A stretch of DNA of 63,547 bases, filler included, from Olpidium bornovanus S191 (taxonomy: Eukaryota > Fungi > Olpidiomycota), in the NCBI GenBank assembly GCA_017911155.1. It is 28 parts of 28 records of this genome, joined end to end, with 100 filler letters (N's around TTAATTAATTAA, not from the genome) between each part and the next. Parts side by side here need not be neighbours in the genome. Positions count along the whole stretch, not along the records: positions 60,601 to 62,192 come from JAEFCI010009158.1; positions 62,293 to 63,547 come from JAEFCI010011729.1; 26 more parts are not named here. The stretch is one strand, 5' to 3'. A model generated the notes under the pieces. That model was not told where the DNA came from. It was given only the letters and a program-made list of their open reading frames with translations, and did not search any database. Numbering within the stretch: the stretch's first letter is position 1; each line of letters starts with the position of its first letter. A program made the translations under genes and the position numbers. Below are positions 62,171-63,547 of this stretch, in pieces.

Positions 62171-62293
62171 CGGCGGGGGGGGGGGGGGGGGGNNNNNNNN
62201 NNNNNNNNNNNNNNNNNNNNNNNNNNNNNNNNNNNNTTAATTAATTAANNNNNNNNNNNNNNNNNNNNNNNNNNNNNNNNNNNNNNNNNNNNC

Positions 62294-63547
62294 AACGCGG
62301 CGATTGCCAAGCTCCTCGACCTGGTACGCTTGGGCGGCAAGCCGCCTCTGGAAGGAACAAGGCGGCTGTATGACCAGGTCGTCGCGAGCGCAACCACGAT
62401 CCTGGGCTCCATGGAGGACACCCAGACCTTTATCAGCGCAAGTAAGGAGTTGGCGGAGGCGGGGACGGAGTGGATTAAACAGCTCCGCTGCCAGGCCGGA
62501 GACGAGGCCGATGTCGACGTCAAGAACAGGCTGCTCGGCCGCGCCCGAGCTCTGGCGGACGCCACGGCCAAGTTTGCGAGTTCCGCCAAAGAGGCCGCCA
62601 AGTCGCCGGGAGATCGCGAGCGAGCCGTGAGGCTGAAGGAGAACTTGGCGGCAGTGCAGGCGTCGGCCGCCGGAGTGGCTGGTCCCGAAGGGCAGCTGCA
62701 GCTGTGTGACCGCCTGCTGTCGGCCGCCAAGGCGACCTACTCCGCACTGGTGTGCCTTGTGACGGCGACGAAGGCGGCGGGGCCGGTGAACAGCAACCAG
62801 ACTTCGCAACTGGCGCTCACCCACGCGGCCAAGAGGGCAACCGAGGCGGCGGGACCTTTGGCGGTCGCGAGCCGGACCTGCTCCGCAGACCCGGAGCCCG
62901 GCAACGTTCTCCGGCTGGTGGAAGCGGCCAGGGCCATCCTCGCTCCGGGAAACGCGTTCGTGGCGGCCGCTAATTCCGCCCACCCCTCTATCACGGACGA
63001 GAGCGCCCAGCTCCAGCTGAAAACCGCCATCCTCCAGGCCGAAGATGCGCTGAAGGTGATCGCGGCAATGCAGGAGCTCGCGGACGCTGCCTCCGGCAAC
63101 ATCGGGATGGACGGCGCCGTCCGCGCCGTCCGCAGCAACCTCGACGACCTCAAGAGGTCGCGCGCGGCCCAGGCCGACGCCCGGCAAGCCCCGGCCGGGT
63201 TTTCAATCGAGGCGGGCCAGCACGACGTCGGCGTCGCCGCCAGGTCGCTGGCCTCCACGATCTCTCAGCTGGTGTCCGCCTCGCTGCAAGGGAACGACAA
63301 GTATGTCGGGTCGGCGGCAAGCGGGATATCGAGTGCGCTGCAGCAGCTGGCATCCAACGCCAAAAACATCGCGGCGGCTTCCAAAGACGCAGCGATGGGC
63401 GACAAGGGGATCTCCGCCGCGATCAGCGCCCTGGAGAAGTCCGACGCCCTCCTCGTCCTCGGGCGCGCGTCCGCGGAGGCGCCGAACAACGCGGACGCCA
63501 AGCAGCGGCTGCACGGGACCGCGAAGGACGTCAGCGACGCTCTCATG
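62294..63547 (+). CDS. TLN: Talin, internal rod fragment (about R3-R5), 418 codons open end to end (missed by the ORF track)
   Basis: Colinear with recalled human talin-1 ~800-1205: LLGRARALADATAKFASSAKEAAKSP vs LLSAAKILADATAKMVEAAKGAAAHP; LAPGNAFVAAANSAHPSITDESAQLQL vs LQPGGKMVAAAKASVPTIQDQASAMQL; SQLVSASLQGNDKYVGSAA vs AQLLGEVAQGNENYAGIAA; DAKQRLHGTAKDVSDAL vs ESQQRLAQVAKAVTQAL. Confidence 0.92.

Noticed and set aside
62237-63187. 316-aa minus-strand ORF listed in the track
   Set aside because: It is the antisense shadow of the + strand talin frame.

Overview
This is not one locus. The window joins 28 short contigs (about 1-6.5 kb) with ~100-nt N spacers that carry an artificial all-frame stop linker, TTAATTAATTAA, so no synteny can be inferred across spacers. 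The DNA is eukaryotic and fungal: GC-rich, with GT-AG introns, fungal-type MSS4, GLT1, SWA2, MGM101, KIN1 and NoxA, and a pol III tRNA-Phe. A motile-cilium gene (CFAP210-like) and a talin rod fragment point to a zoosporic, early-diverging fungus; an Olpidium- or chytrid-like organism is my inference only. Recognised gene fragments are RPN9, SWA2/auxilin, a fucosyltransferase-like GT, NoxA, PAM18, MSS4, a 2OG-Fe(II) oxygenase, GLT1, a Myb-domain protein, RRP5, CFAP210, Tudor-SN, MGM101, importin-alpha, a CYP450, a delta-12 desaturase, KIN1 and talin. Mobile DNA includes two LTR-retrotransposon gag fragments (one with a 5' LTR and PBS), a copia RNase H remnant interrupted by another LTR, and a 'DGHER'-type DDE transposase. 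The best leads are: (1) talin R3-R5 in a fungus; (2) an LTR primer-binding site matching the CCA-less 3' end of the tRNA-Phe gene in this same window, which itself has a C1:C72 mismatch; (3) two unexplained repeat families. The assembly is error-prone (frameshifts in RPN9, homopolymer runs with dephased echo copies, 17 of 56 contig ends exactly at CATG). All identifications come from reading translations by eye; no database searches were run.
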